A program made the translations under genes and the position numbers. From Eledone cirrhosa (taxonomy: Eukaryota): a stretch of DNA of 64,000 nt. Below, piece after piece: positions 25,070 through 39,129 of the stretch. Each line of letters begins with the position of its first letter. Position 1 is the stretch's first letter. The DNA lies in assembly GCA_964016885.1 (NCBI GenBank), contig OZ024743.1, forward strand, positions 166,408,001-166,472,000, given 5' to 3'. Below the pieces are notes generated by a model. It made no database searches and was not told the origin of the DNA. It saw only the letters and a program-made list of their open reading frames with translations.

Positions 25070-27680
25070 AACACTGCTACTTGGAGTCGTTTACCGTCCC
25101 CAAAATTACCATCAGGACACTCAACTTTGTGATATCCTCAGAGCTGCTGCCAGGAAGACAGCCACTTATGTTTTCGTTGCAGGAGACTTCAATCACCCTG
25201 AGATTGACTGGGAAACCTTTCGTTGGCCGCCCAGTGCAAATGACTTCCTTGAGCTAGTGCTGGACTCAAGTTGGTCCCAGGTGGTCACCTCCCCAACAAG
25301 AGGTGACAACACTTTGGACCTACTCTTCACCACTACTCCTGAAACGGTCATTAGTGTTACTGCTGAGGAACCTTTAGGTGACTCTGATCATGCTATTATC
25401 ATTGCCAATCTATCCCTCATGGGCAGTAACAAGAACCACAACCATCTCCAAGCTGCTCACTTTGACTGGAATAAAGCAGACTGGAACTGTTACTGCACCG
25501 AGTTGCCACGGCCAAACTGGCTTGAGTTCTATGACTCTGGAGATGTCAACACTGTACTCCAGAACATCCTGAGCTCAATATGGACAGCATGTGCAGCATC
25601 GGTGCCACGTAAGCGGAAAAAACATCCCAAAAGTGCAATTTGGGAGACTGCAGCAGTTCGTCTTGCCAGAAAAGAACGGCGCAATGCTGAACGTGACTAC
25701 AAACTTCACAAATCAGACATTAATAGGAAGAGGCGAAATAGATCGTCCAACCACCTCAAACAGGTGACAAAAAAGGCAGTGCTTCAATTTGAGCAGCGCA
25801 TAGCAACCAGCCCTGACAGTAAGGTGTTCTGGAAGTATGTTCACTCAAAGCAGAGGCCTCACTCTCCAGTTGGTCCTCTTCTCAATCCCCACACAAGCCA
25901 GGTTACTGATGACCCCAAGGAATGCGCAGAGCTCATTGCTGAATGCTATGCAGGCATTTTCACTATTGAAGACCAGAGTGTACCATCTCCACCACCTATG
26001 ACACCGGACTCTATTACAACCATGGAATTTACACCTGCAATGCTGCGACGTCACCTAAAAAATAAACGCAACCATGCCTCTCCTGGTCTTGATGGTGTTA
26101 CGTACCTGCTTCTTAAACGTGGTGGGTACTTCCTTCTGCACCAGTTATCACGCTTCTTCCAATTCTGTCTGAACAACAGTGCTACTCCAGAACAGTGGAA
26201 AACTGCCAGTGTCATTCCTCTGTTCAAAAAGGGTGACCGCACATCACCTGTGAACTATCGTCCAGTCAGTCTTACTAGTTGCATCGCCAAACTGATGGAA
26301 TCCTGTGTCAGAGAAACACTTTGGAACTTCTGGAACTCTCACAGTCTTATCTGGCCCTCGCAATTTGGATTTATCCCTAACTCCAGCTGCTGTGATCAAC
26401 TTATAGAGTTTCTTGAGGGCATCACCCGGATCACTGATGGCGGCTCATGGGTGGATGTTGTTTACCTTGACTTTGCGAAAGCCTTCAATTCTGTGCCACA
26501 CAAAAGGCTTATGGCAAAACTCTCTGCAATGGGTGTGAAGGATGATCTTTTTAACTGGTTGAAGTCCTTCATTCTCAGTCGAAGAGAGGTAGTCACGGTT
26601 CTGGGACAGCATTCCTCACCATATGAGATGTCATCTGGTGTACCACAGGGATTTGTTTGTGGCATATATTAATGACATAGATGCCAACTTAAAGAATGCC
26701 ACGGTACTAAAGTACGCAGACGACATCAAGCTGTACCTTGAGATAAAAAGGACAGATCCTGAACACTATAGATCTTGCTTGCAGTCTGACCTGGACACAA
26801 TGCAACAATGGATCTCAGACTGGCAACTCAAGCTAGCTATGGACAAGTGCACCACCATGCATTTTGGGAGTAAAAACCCAGCGTCCACATACTCCCTCCA
26901 CAGCACTAATATCAAGAAGTCTTCTTGTGAACGTGACCTGGGCATTACGGTCAGCAGCGATTTGCATTGGACAAAGCACGTCTCTAAAATTGTCAAGAGG
27001 GCTGAGGGTGTCTTAGTATCACTCAGCAAGACCTTTGTCAGCCGCTTTCCAGATATCTATTTAAGGCTGTACATGGCTATGGTGCGACCACACTTAGAAT
27101 TTGCATCACCAGTCTGGAACCCTTATCTTGCTCAGAACATTGACTGCCTGGAAACTGTTCAGAGACGTGCAACCAAGCGAATACCCTCCATCAGGCATCT
27201 ACCATACTCTGAGCGCCTTGCTTCCCTGGGCATGGATACATTGAAGCTCTGATGCCTGGCAGCTGACTTGGTAAACACCCACAAAATTGTTAACCATCTT
27301 GCCAACAACAACCCTGAGTACCTTTTTGATTTCCATGTGTCTAACACACGTGGACATGCCCACAAAGTCAGAAAACAGCACAGTTCCCATGACTTTCTGA
27401 AACATTTTTTCACGCTCAGAGTTGCTGAAGCATGGAACAAACTACTTTCATCAGTTGTTAGCTGTCGAGACACTGCATCCTTTAAGGCCTCCATGCTTCC
27501 CGAGATTCGCCAACACTACAGCTAATGTTCCCCCTCCATACACATACACACATGTATACCATGACACTGTTCATTTCCCTGACATTTGTGTATTATTCTA
27601 TGTACTATACATACACCTTTGACGAGTTGTAGTGCACCTGAGCACTTTACACAATAATTTCATTATTATATTATTATTAA
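25070..27680 (+). mobile_element. CR1-clade LINE, nearly intact ORF2 (APE + RT), (ATT)n tail
   Basis: GVVYRP, AGDFNHP, LGDSDH, NYRPVSLTS, YLDFAKAF, GVPQG (small frameshifting deletion ~26650), KYADDIK, VRPHLEF and VQRRAT. Confidence 0.95.
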
Positions 27681-27859
27681 ATTAGTATTTTAGTACTTGT
27701 CATGTTTACTTATTCTCCGAATTTACCACAAACAATAGATTTTGCTTCATATATATATATTAGAAAATGTAACATCAAGTTACTCTAGGTTCACCAGAGT
27801 AAACACTCAATGTGTAGTTACCAGTAGGTATACTGGTGTTATACTAAGCAGTGTAATAG

Positions 27860-28080
27860 TAATAATAAAATGAATGAGGTGTTAAATTTTCATTACATTT
27901 ATTGAAGTGTGACACATGTTTCACGATTGATTAATTACCATAACAAAAGTGCGACAAGCTTTTGATTCCAGAGTCGGGCCTGATCGATACAAATTGAACC
28001 GTGAGCTGATCAATCGGGAAACACGCGCCACACCTCAATAAACGTAATGAAAATGTAACACCTCATCCATTTTATTATTA
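27860..28080. repeat. Inverted repeat (~76-bp arms)
   Basis: taataataaaatgaatgaggtgtt..cgattgat is mirrored by atcaatcg..aacacctcatccattttattatta. Confidence 0.85.
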
Positions 28081-28089
28081 TTATATAGT

Positions 28090-31000
28090 GGGGAGACCCA
28101 GGAAGACTTGGGAGGAGGTGATAAAACCTGACCATATCTAATTACACCTCTCAAAGGTGATGATACAGGACTAGGATCTCTGGCATTATGCAGAAATACA
28201 AAAGACCCGACTTCCCACAGGCACAGGCCGAAGATGAAGCTTATATATATTATGCACCACCCCACACCACTCACTTCCATACATATATCCAGTGAAGCCT
28301 CCAGCCCACATTGTAAAGTGGTCGTGATGGCAACATGGCAAAAAACACCCTGTCCACTCGGTAAAGTGGCTGTGTATGACAAAAGTGCCCAGTCCGCACT
28401 GTAAAGTGGTTGTGATGGTGACACAACAAAAAGCACCCAGCCTATACTATAAAGTGGTCATGTAGGCGTCACGGCAAAAAGCACCCAGTACTCATTGTAA
28501 ATGAGGTTGGCGCTTAGAAGGGCATCCAGCTGTAGAATCCAAGCCAAAATCGGTTCTGTATGAGCATGACTTGGTCACCTGACCTAGCATTGCTCACAAC
28601 AGGATAACTCATTTAACCCATGCTAGCGTGGAAAATTTGGCGTTAAATGGCGATGATGATGATGATATATATATATATCATCATCATCATCATTGTTTAA
28701 CATCTATCTTCCACGCTAGCAAGGGTTAGATGGGAATTGTCCCACTTGAGGTAAGATTGGTCGGGTGACCGTGTCTCGCTCATATAGGACTATCTGGCAG
28801 GTTTTCTATGGCTGGATGCCCTTCCTAACACCAACCACATTTACAGTGTGGACGGGGAGCTTTTTATTGTGTTACCTACACAACCACATTACAGCGTGGA
28901 CTGTGTGTTTTTTTTGTCGTGACACCTACACAACCTTATTATTTTGGACTGGATATGGTGGTACCAACATAACTTTACAGAGAAAGGGTGGTGTTGGTGG
29001 GAGTGGGAGGATGGAGTAGGGGTAGTGGGTTGGGGTGTATATTTGGTTAAGAGGTGCCTACTGACTGTAGGTTTCGCTTTGCACATAGGCAAGGTGGGTC
29101 TTCTGTATTACTGTGTGATGCCAAAGATCACAGTCCAGTGACATTGTCTTGGAGAGGTGCAAGTGAGTAAGGTTGGAATTTATCAAATCGTCCCAGGTTT
29201 TTCTCCGTAACTTCCATTAATTTTGATTGCCCTGCACTTTTTTATACAGCTGTCATCTTTCATGCGCATTACGTGACCATACCAACATAGTCTTCTCTCA
29301 AGTAAACAACATCTGATCCCTCTTATTCCTAATTTCTCACTTAGTTCATTTATGTTTTGCCGTTCACGTATATTACTATTACACATACAACGGAGCATGC
29401 ATGCTTCGTTCCTTTCCAGCCTACGCAGGTCCTTTGCTCACAATGCTCATGTCTCACTGCCATGTAACATTGCTGTTCGTATGCAGGCATCATACAATCT
29501 GCCTTTCATTTTTAGAGAGAAATCTTTTGTGGCCAACAGCGGTATAAGCTCTCTGAACTTTTTCCATCTCGTTCTAACTCTGGCTACTGTACTTTCAGAG
29601 CATCCTCCACCACTGCTGATTTTGTCACCCAGGTAACGGAAAGTGTCCACTATTTCTATAGAAACATCTGGGCAGTAGAAGGAGCTAGTATTCTGTGGGC
29701 ACTTATTGCACCTGAGCATCAGCCACATATAAAATCTACATTCTTAGATAGCTTACCCATGATCCCACTACATCTTTTATGTACCTATAGTTTGCATTTG
29801 GGACATAAAATGGAATTTCTACCTACTCCTTTCATACACATTGAGCATGGCCATTTCCCAGAGGGCACCGGTGCCCTATTTTCCTTTCTAGGGAGTGGTG
29901 TGGATGGGGTGGGAGTAGTGGGACGGGGGTGTATTTTGTTAGAGGTGCCTACTGACTGTAGGTTTCGCTTTGTACTTAGGCAAGGCGGGTCTTCTGTATA
30001 ACTGTGTAGCGCCAAAGCTCTCGGTCCAGTGACATTATCTTGGAGAGGTGTAAGTGTGTGAGATCGAAATTTATCAAATCGTCCCAGGTTTTTCTGGGTC
30101 TGCCTGCTCCGTGGCTACCGTCTATTTTTATCGCCCTGCACTTTTTTATACAGTTGTCGTCTTTCATGCGCATCACGTAACCGTACCAACGTAGTCTTCT
30201 CTCGAGTAAACAACATCTGATCCCTCTTATTCCTAATTTCTCCCTTAGTTCGTTTATGCTTTGCCATTCACGTATATTACTATTACACATCCAGCGGAGC
30301 ATGCAAGCTTCGTTCCTCTCCAGTCTGCGTATATCCTCTGCACACAATGCCCAGGTCTCACTGCCATGTAACATTGCTGTTCGTATGCAGGCATCATACA
30401 GCCTGCCTTTCATTTTTAGAGAGAACCCTTTAGCGGCCAATAGTGGTATAAGCTCTCTGAACTTTTTCCATCCCGTTCTGACTCTAGCTACTGTACTTTC
30501 AGAGCATCCACCCCCACTGCTGATTTTGTCACCCAGGTAACGGAAGCTGTCCACTATTTCTATAGAACCATCTGTGCAATGGAATGAGCTAGTATTTTGT
30601 GGGCACTTGCTGCTACTTATTGCACCAGAGCACCGGCCACATATAAAATCTATATTCTTAGTTAGCTTACATGTGATCCTACTACATCTTTTATGCACCC
30701 ATACTTTGCATTTGGGACATAAAATGGAGTTTCTACCTATTCCTTTCCTACACACTGAGCATGGCCATTTCCCAGATAGGACCGGTGCCCTATTTTCCTT
30801 CCTACAAACTAGTACTTTAGTCTTAGACAAGTTAACTTTAAGGCCTTTTGATTCTAGGCCATGCTTCCATGTTTGGAATTTCTTCTCTAGTTCAGCCATT
30901 GATTCAGCTATGAGTGTTAGATCCTCTGCATATAGGAGTTCCCATGGGCAGCCGGTCTTGAACTCCTCTGTTATAGCCTGAAGGGCAATAAGAAATAGTA

Positions 31001-31583
31001 GGGGGCTAAGGACAGAGCCCTGATGAACACCAACTTTTACGCTAAACTCTTCACTATATTCGTTGTTAATTCTAACCTTGCTGACTATTTCTTTATACAT
31101 GGCTTGTATAGCTCTCACAAGCCATTCATCAACACCTAGTTTTCTAAGGGCCCACCAGATAATCGAGTGGGGTACTCTGTCAAAGGCTTTCTCCAAGTCA
31201 ACAAAAGCTAAGTATAGGGGTTTACTTTTAGCTAGGTACTTCTCCTGTAGTTGTCGTACAATGAAAAGAGCGTCCGTTGTACTTTTACCTGACACAAACC
31301 CGAACTGCATTTCGTCTAGATCAATTCGCTCTCTGATTAGTTGTGCTATTACCTTTTCTGTGACCTTCATGACCTGGTCAATTAATTTAATGCCTCTATA
31401 GTTTCCTCTATCTAGGGCATCACCTTTACTCTTGTAGCAGTTAATGATGATGTTGCTGCGCCAGTCCTTCGGAATGACCCCATTCTGTATGACTTGGTTT
31501 ACTATCCGGGTGACCATAGTGTGTCCCACCGTTCCAGATGCTTATATCCGGGTGACCATAGTGTGTCCCACTGTTCCAGATGC
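28090..31583. mobile_element. RTE LINE stack: + 3' UTR (28090-28665), - copy (28680-29890), young - copy with a 517-aa open RT frame (29890-31583)
   Basis: ORF 29976-31529 is uninterrupted but has YAED in place of YADD. Tail-to-tail (GAT)n tails at 28650-28693. Confidence 0.92.
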
Positions 31584-31590
31584 CTAATTC

Positions 31591-31662
<72 letters not shown>

Positions 31663-31700
31663 GAATTAGGATTTAGCTTCAGGTATAGCTGTATACAGAT

Positions 31701-34560
31701 CATCATTATCATCATCATCAGAGCATGTTTGCCTCATTTTTCTCCAGCCATGGCATATCCTCTGCAGTTGCTGCCCATGTTTCACTACCATGCAGCATCG
31801 CGCTCCTCACACAGGCATCATATAACCGGCCTTTCATATGCAGGGAGAAACCCTTCTTCGTCAGCAGAGGAAGCAGCTCCCTAAACTTCTTTCAACCCGT
31901 CCTTATTCGAGATACTATGGCCTCGGAACACCCCCCTCCCATGCTAATCTGATCACCTAGGTACCGGAAACTATCAACCACTTCTATAGAACGCACCTGC
32001 ATTTGAAAAAGGTGTCTATCAATGCGACTTCTACTGTCTAATTTCCTTGTACATCTACTGCATACGTATTTCTCCCTACCTGTTAGTTTGCCTGCTCTCC
32101 CGCTACATCTCTTGTGTACCTAGGATCTGCATTGTGTGCATTTTATAAAATTTATGCCAGTTCCTTTTCTGCATATCAAACATGACCATTTCCCTGACGG
32201 AATCAGAGTTTTGTCCTCTTTTCTACTCATCAACACTTTTGTCTTAGCTAGGTTCACTCTCAGTCCTCTTGCTTCCAACTGCTGTTTCCATAGCCAGAAT
32301 TTATTCTCTAGCTCCTCTACTGATTCTGCTATAAGAACCAGATCGTCAGCATAGAGAAGTTCCCATGGACAGCCAGTCTTAAACTCCTCTGTTATGGCTT
32401 GGAGGACTATAATGAACAAGAGTGGGCTGAGGACCAAACTCTGATGTACTCCTACTTGTATCATTCCTACCCTCACTTTACTGACAGCACCTCTGTACAA
32501 AGTTTGCACTGTCCTCACAAGCCATTCCTCAACACCTAGTTTCCTTAGGGACCACCATATGACAGATCGGGATACCCTATCAAAGGCCTTCTCTAGGTCA
32601 ACAAAACTAAGTATAGTGGCTTATTCTTCTCTAAGAACCTTTCTTGTAATTGTCTCACCAAAAAGAGGGCATCTGTTGTACTCTTCCCAGGCACAAAACC
32701 AAACTGCATCTCATCTAGTTTGACCCTTTCTCTAATTAGTTGTGCTAATATTCTTTCTGCCACTTTCATAACCTGATCCATCAGTTTTATACCCCTATAA
32801 TTGCTCCTCTCCAGAGCATCCCCTTTACCTTTATAGCAATTTATGAGAATACTGCTGCACCAGTCTTTGGGTATGACACCACCATATATAGCCTGATTGA
32901 TGGTGCGTGCAACCAGTTTAGTGCCTACGTCCCCTGATGCCTTCAAATCTCAGCAACTATCCCCAACGGACCAGTGGCCTTACCATTTTTCATTTCCTTA
33001 ATCACCTCTTGGACCCTATATTCTTCAATCTCAATAGCTGGTCCCTCTGTCGGATCTACTGAGGGGAATTTCTCTCTCTCCCATTCGTTCTCCACATTCA
33101 TCGGTCTTTCATAATGACATTTCCAGGCCTCCTTTTTCTGATCATTCGTGACACTAAGTACACCGGCATCATTCCGGACACATTTATCTCCAACAACATC
33201 TGATTTGCACTGACACACTGCCTTGCAATGTGGAACACCGCACGCCTCTGATCTTCCCGTCGCAGAACATTGGCAAACCTCCTACTCTCAGCCTCCCTGC
33301 GTGCTAAGTACACCTGATGTCTAGCTTCTCTCTTAGCGGCTGTATATCCTTCTCTACTCCCACCCTTTTTCCAAGCCTTCCATGCTAATCTTTTGTCTCT
33401 AATGGCCCTATCTACCGTGCTGTTCCACCACCAGGTCACTCTCTGTCTGGTTGGAGCTCTGCTCCAGCCACAAGTTTCATCAGTAGCCTGCAGTAAGTTG
33501 TCACGTAAGAAATTCCAGTTATCATCTATGTCATACAACTCTAAATTGACTTCTTTTTCGTCATACATATCTTGAAGGGCTTTCCTAAATTTGTATTTTA
33601 GTGAAAGGTCTTTTAGCTTCCAGACCTTTCTTCTCCACACCTTCCTATATGTCTCATTCCATCTTTTGCTTACTGAGATATCACTAACTACTAACCTATG
33701 CTGTGGGGTACATTGTTCCCCAGGGTTTGCCTTGGTATTAGACACCATCTGCCTGTCCCGCTGCCTAACTAGCAAGAAATCAATCTGACTTATGTGCTCA
33801 TATGATTTGTAGGTTATTAGGTGGTTGGCAGGTTTCTGGAAGTTAGTGTTGTAAATGGTCAATGTACCTGCATCACAAAATTCAAGAAGTCTCACTCCTT
33901 CATTTCTTGAGTCGTAACCGTGCCCACCATGTACCCCAGTGTAACCATCCTGGAGCTGTCTGACATGGCCATTGAAGTCCCCTGCTAGCATAACAATGTC
34001 TCTGTCATCTGCCATTGTGGCTGTTTGTAAAAGTTGCTCGTAAAAGCAGTCTTTCTCTTCTTTACTTAGGCCTGCTTGGGGAGCATAGGCAGAGCTGATT
34101 GTCAGTAGTCTCCTGCCTACAACTAATCTAAGCTTAATTATTCTATTACTAACTCAAACTACCTCAATTGTCTTATCAATCCATCTCTCAGCCAGGAAAA
34201 CGCCTACTCCCCCTAACTCATCATCCTTACCTACCCAGAAAAGCTTATAACTAAGATGTTTGCCTGCGATTAGTCTCACAGAGGCACCTCTCCATCTCGC
34301 CTCTTGTACGCAGCACACATCCACATGCCTTCTCTCCAACATCTCCGCTATTTCACCAGATCTACCTGTGAGAGTGCCAACATTAAGTGTTGCAACTCTG
34401 AGATGCGACATCTTCCTATTATTGTTCCTTTTCCTGTAGTGTGATTGCTTGAAGACGGTCGGGGGTTCTCGCACATGGCCACACCAGCCACCCCACTACC
34501 GTCCGCAGCTCTAACATGGTTAGTGCTATTGCTGTTTACGTAGTTATTGCGATATATATT
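31701..34560 (-). mobile_element. Near full-length RTE LINE, same subfamily as 11386-14000
   Basis: Starts MSHLRVATLNVGTLTGRSGE (34411) and runs through the RT. A 3' deletion lies next to the tail. Confidence 0.93.
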
Positions 34561-35718
34561 TGTTGTTGTGCTCATAATTGTTTTGGCATTAATACACTGG
34601 TTGGATGCCCTTTCTAACACCAGTGCCACTTTACAGCATGGACTGGATGCTTTTATTCGTGCCACCAGCACTAGAGAGGATGTCTTACTGGACTCATGGG
34701 CCCTCTCTAACCCTCTATTTTACAGCATGGTCATAACAATAATAACAACACTATTAATAATTATTAATTAATGCAATCGTGCAATGCCTGTGCGTGAAGA
34801 ATTTTTTAAAGTGGGGAAAGACTGTGCACTGAGCCAATCCCACTCTCTGAGTGACAGTAACTATAACCCGAAAAGAAGATATGATCAACATCATCGGTAA
34901 CTACTGAGCCGCAGGTTTTATGTCAGAGTTAACCCAGTTTCCTGAGATGCCTTCTCATAGAAGAATTCTCTGACAAGGGCTAGTAGTTTAACTGAGTGAC
35001 CGGGTATCCAGCCCGATTATTTCTATGTCCCCGCGCAAAAAAAGAAAAAGAAATTTCGTATTTCTAAAGAAGCACGGTATATTTACAGGTAAACATTTAG
35101 AAAGCCATAGCTATGCAAAAAACACTGGAGCTAACACTCTCTGGTGGTGTCCAGCAGAAGCAAGGGGGACAATTGTTATTGCATTTCGAACTTAACTGGT
35201 CCTGATCAGGACAGACCCTCCCACACTGGCGACTGCTGGACTTGAAAACAGTCGAGAATATATAGTTTTCTCGTCTGTGTAAATGAGGTGATTAATCTCA
35301 TTTGCATATGAAGCTACATAAGTTGGCTCAACTTATAATAGAATAGAAATAGGATTTAGCTTCAGGCATTGCTGTATACAGATATGTATAGAAATTTCGT
35401 ATTTCTAAAGAAACACGGTATGTTTACAGGTAAACATTTAGAAAGTTGTAGCTATGCAAAATATATAGTTATATAGTAAGGTTTTGCTAGTTTGGAAGTT
35501 AAAGTCATCAAGTTGATTGAAAAAATGGTATAGTACAATAGAATATATATGATAATATTTTGCATGACTGGCTTGTTTCATTCACTGTTTAAAAAGATCC
35601 AGAGGGATTTTGAAATAAAATGAAGTGTTTAGTAAAATAGTAACGCACACATCATAAAATAACCAAATATTATATCTAGAGGAGTTAATGCGTTTATTTA
35701 GTTTTAAATGATAAAATA

Positions 35719-38700
35719 GAGATTCAGTCAGAACTCATGTGGAGACGCTAGGGTAAGTCTCTTCGCTTCCTATGACAAGCTATTTTCAGTACCTTTTTTA
35801 AATTTATTATTTACTTTCTCCAACCTCACAGATGATATGGCAGTGAAAATAAGAACAGGTAGTGAGGCAGTTAAAGCCTTCAGTGACAAGGAGGATGTTA
35901 TTGCCTGGATTAGAAAGATTAAGTTTGTCCTCATAGTACTAGGCATTGAAAATGTGATTGGCTTCATGGCACTGTATCTTGACGGCAATGCATTAGTATT
36001 ATGCCTCGAAATAGACCAATTCAACATTGAGAAGATAGAGCAGTGTCTTAAGGAAGCATTCATTCACTGAGGGACTTTATGTGGCAGAAATCTTGAGGTT
36101 GGCTATGGCTAGCCAAATTCACAGAAGAGAATCTTGAAAGGGCTATACAGATGGCATTTATGAACGGTTTTCCCCACAAAATTTCAATGAGGCTCCAACA
36201 GTTGCTGTGCAACAACAAAATGGCTATGAGTGAGCTAGTCACACAGGCCCACGTAGTGATATGAGGCATTGTGCAGAATGTTACAGCATTAGTAGCAACA
36301 GACGCCCATAGCAGTCGACAGGAATCAACAAAATGACAAGCAAAAATTGCCCCCGTGAACGCTTCACTGTGGGCGTTCAGATACCTGTGCTTCAGGTGTC
36401 AGAGTCCATACCTGGCAAGGGACTGCAGGGAGTTAAAGCCTGAAATAATTTGCTACCAATGTAAGCAAGCAGGCCACATCACCAACAATTGTGACCAGAG
36501 AAACGGATTTATTGGACCCCGGAAGCTAGTAGAGGTGTTCTTTCAGCTGGTGCCTGCAGTGGAATTTTTTTTGGGTGGGGAGCTGTCATGAGTTCTTGTG
36601 GCACAGGCTGCACAGCGACATTAGTGACACTGGAGGTAGTTAAAAAGTGGAATGGAATGAGTAGTGTAAGATCTGTCGATGGCAGGAAGGATAGATGTAG
36701 AGGTAGCAGTGAGCTGGAGATGGCGGTATGAGGAATGAAAATAAGCTGCGGGCGATTGTGATCGACCACGTGGTGGATGGAATTGATGTGGTAATGGGCA
36801 CAGATGCGATTGGATGCTTAGGAGGCATTACAGTGAGTGAGGACGTGGTAACATTTGGTAGCATGGGAACACCATGTGCCATGTGTCTGCAACAGGGGTT
36901 CAGAGAGAACCATGAAGAAAAATGTACAGTTCATATGATGCAAGACTAGGATTTCAGGGTTGTGTTCGGACATCAGCGGTGGATAGTTGAGTGGTACTGA
37001 AAAGGAGAGCACCCGACGTTGAAGAACAGGGTGAGCTGTTCTCAGTATACCCTGACAGGGGGTGCTAGGAGCGAGTTTGGGGGTGAGGTGTAATGATGGA
37101 TTGAGGAGGGCATATTGATACCTTGGAAAAAAGAGATAAAGAGCAGAGTGTTGCTGTAAATGGCAGTAGTGCAACCAATAAAGAACAAGGTTAGGCCAGT
37201 GCTGGACTTTCGTGAACTGAATGATCACATATGGTGCCACACATGCATGTGGGGAAACCTTGTGAGCGTAGAGACAAATGACGGGGAGCCTCAATGATTG
37301 TTGACTTAAAGTCAGCATATCTGCAGCTACGCATAGCTGAGAAGCTGTGGAAGTATCAGCTGGTTAGGTATAAGGGCCAGACATACTGCCTGACCAGGCT
37401 TGGGTTCGGCTTGAATTCCACACCAAAGATCATGGCGACGGTTCTCAAGGCCATTCTGGGGAAAGCAGACAAGGTGAAGAGGGCTACCAATTCTTACATT
37501 GATGATGTCTTGGTAGACGATACTGTGGTGTCGGCAGCAGAGGTCGCAAGCCACCTAGGAAAGTTTGGGTTAACTTCAAAACCGCCAGAGGTGATGGAAA
37601 CTGGAACTGCACTGGGACTCAGGCTGCAAAGAAAAAAGATGAGCACATTGGTATTTCAGAGGGGAAATGAAGTCCCAGAAGTGGGCACTGACATGGACAG
37701 ACAAGAACTTTTCTTAATGTATGGGAGATTGGTGGGCCACTATCCAATCGAAGGGTGGCTCCGAACAGCATCCAGCTATGTCAAGAGACAAGTGGACGGG
37801 ATGAGCTGGGGAGACAGAGTGGGAGATAGGGTAGTGGCCATGATGCAGGAGATCGTGGAGAGGGTAAAGGCAGATGACCCAGAAAGAGGAAGCTGGTACA
37901 CAACCAATTCAGAGAATGGGACTATATGTGTGATGACAGCAGCATAGAGCTAGGGGTCACTTTGGAAATTGGGTGTGTTGAAGTCAAGGACACAAACTAG
38001 CTCAGGAAGAAGGAGGACTGCAACCACATCAACATGGCCAAATTGGACGCCACATCAACATGGCCAAATTGGACGCCGCCGAAGGGAGTGAATCTTGCCC
38101 TGAGATGGGGGCTGCACACCATAGAAATTTGTACTGATTCAGCCACTGTACTCATATGGGTGAGATCAGTGATCACCAGTGAGAGGAGGGTGTAAATGAG
38201 AGGGGCAGCAGAAATGTTAATAAAGCACTGCCTGGAAACTCTGAAAGAGCTGGCTGCTGAGTTTGGCCTGAAGTTGAGTGTGGTCTTTGTGTCCTTGGAG
38301 AAAAATAGGGCAGACATCCAGGATGAAGAAAGCCTGGCTGGAAGCACCAGAGGATGTGGAAAAGGGGATAGTTGTACTGTGTAGGCTGAGTGACTCGGAG
38401 TTGAGGAGGCTGCATACCCAGCATCATATGGGAGTTGATAGGACCCTGGTGCTAGCCAAAATAGTTGACTCCAACATTACCAGACAAAATGTCCAGAAAG
38501 TGGTCAGGAGTTGCGGCAAATATCAGTCTATCAACCTCACCTGGGGCGTGCATGTGGCAGGTAACATCCCAGTGGAGCACAACTGGAAGCAATTGGCAAT
38601 AGACGTGACACACTACCGACAGGTGACGTATCTCTCGATGATTGATTGCGGACTGGGGCGGATGGCAATATGGAAGGAGATGAAGATGCGGACTGTGGAG

Positions 38701-39059
38701 GAAATTGCGAGAAGAGGAGAACAAAAACGCTGCCCCAACTGTGGGGAGATTGCTAGAGGAATGCCGCTCAGCCAGGTCGATGACAGACTTTGATATGGAG
38801 TGATATGATTGGGGTGATTGATCTTTGAGATGAGTGAGACTAGGGTGCCGGAAGCATGGGGCCAATGATGTCACATCAGAAATTTGCGTGGTCAGGAAGC
38901 TGTACTGTATGGATATGCATGTTCATGAGTGTTATAAATGAGTGTGTGAGGCTTGCTATATTCTTTGGCTGGACGTAAAACAGGTGAACATTTGTGCAGG
39001 GAGATTCAGTCCGGACTGATGAGGAGATCCAAAGGTAGGTCTCTTCAGTTCCTACAACA
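35719..39059 (+). mobile_element. Decayed Gypsy LTR retrotransposon (gag, two Zn knuckles, protease, RT, RNase H, partial integrase)
   Basis: CYQCKQAGHITNNC, VDLKSAYLQ, RLGFGLN, SYIDDV, HHMGVDRT and LAIDVTH. LTR ends at 35719-35777 and 39001-39059 match at 46/59 nt. Purine tract before the 3' LTR (~38751). Confidence 0.92.
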
Positions 39060-39129
39060 CCTACAATAGAGTAGACTCCATTAAAAGCATCTAAGCACTA
39101 GATAGTGATGTTAAACAAGGTGTTGGATT

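Noticed and set aside
29976-31529. Domesticated RT gene
   Set aside because: It is 5'-truncated, has YAED at the catalytic motif and has many sister copies, so it is best explained as a young dead insertion.
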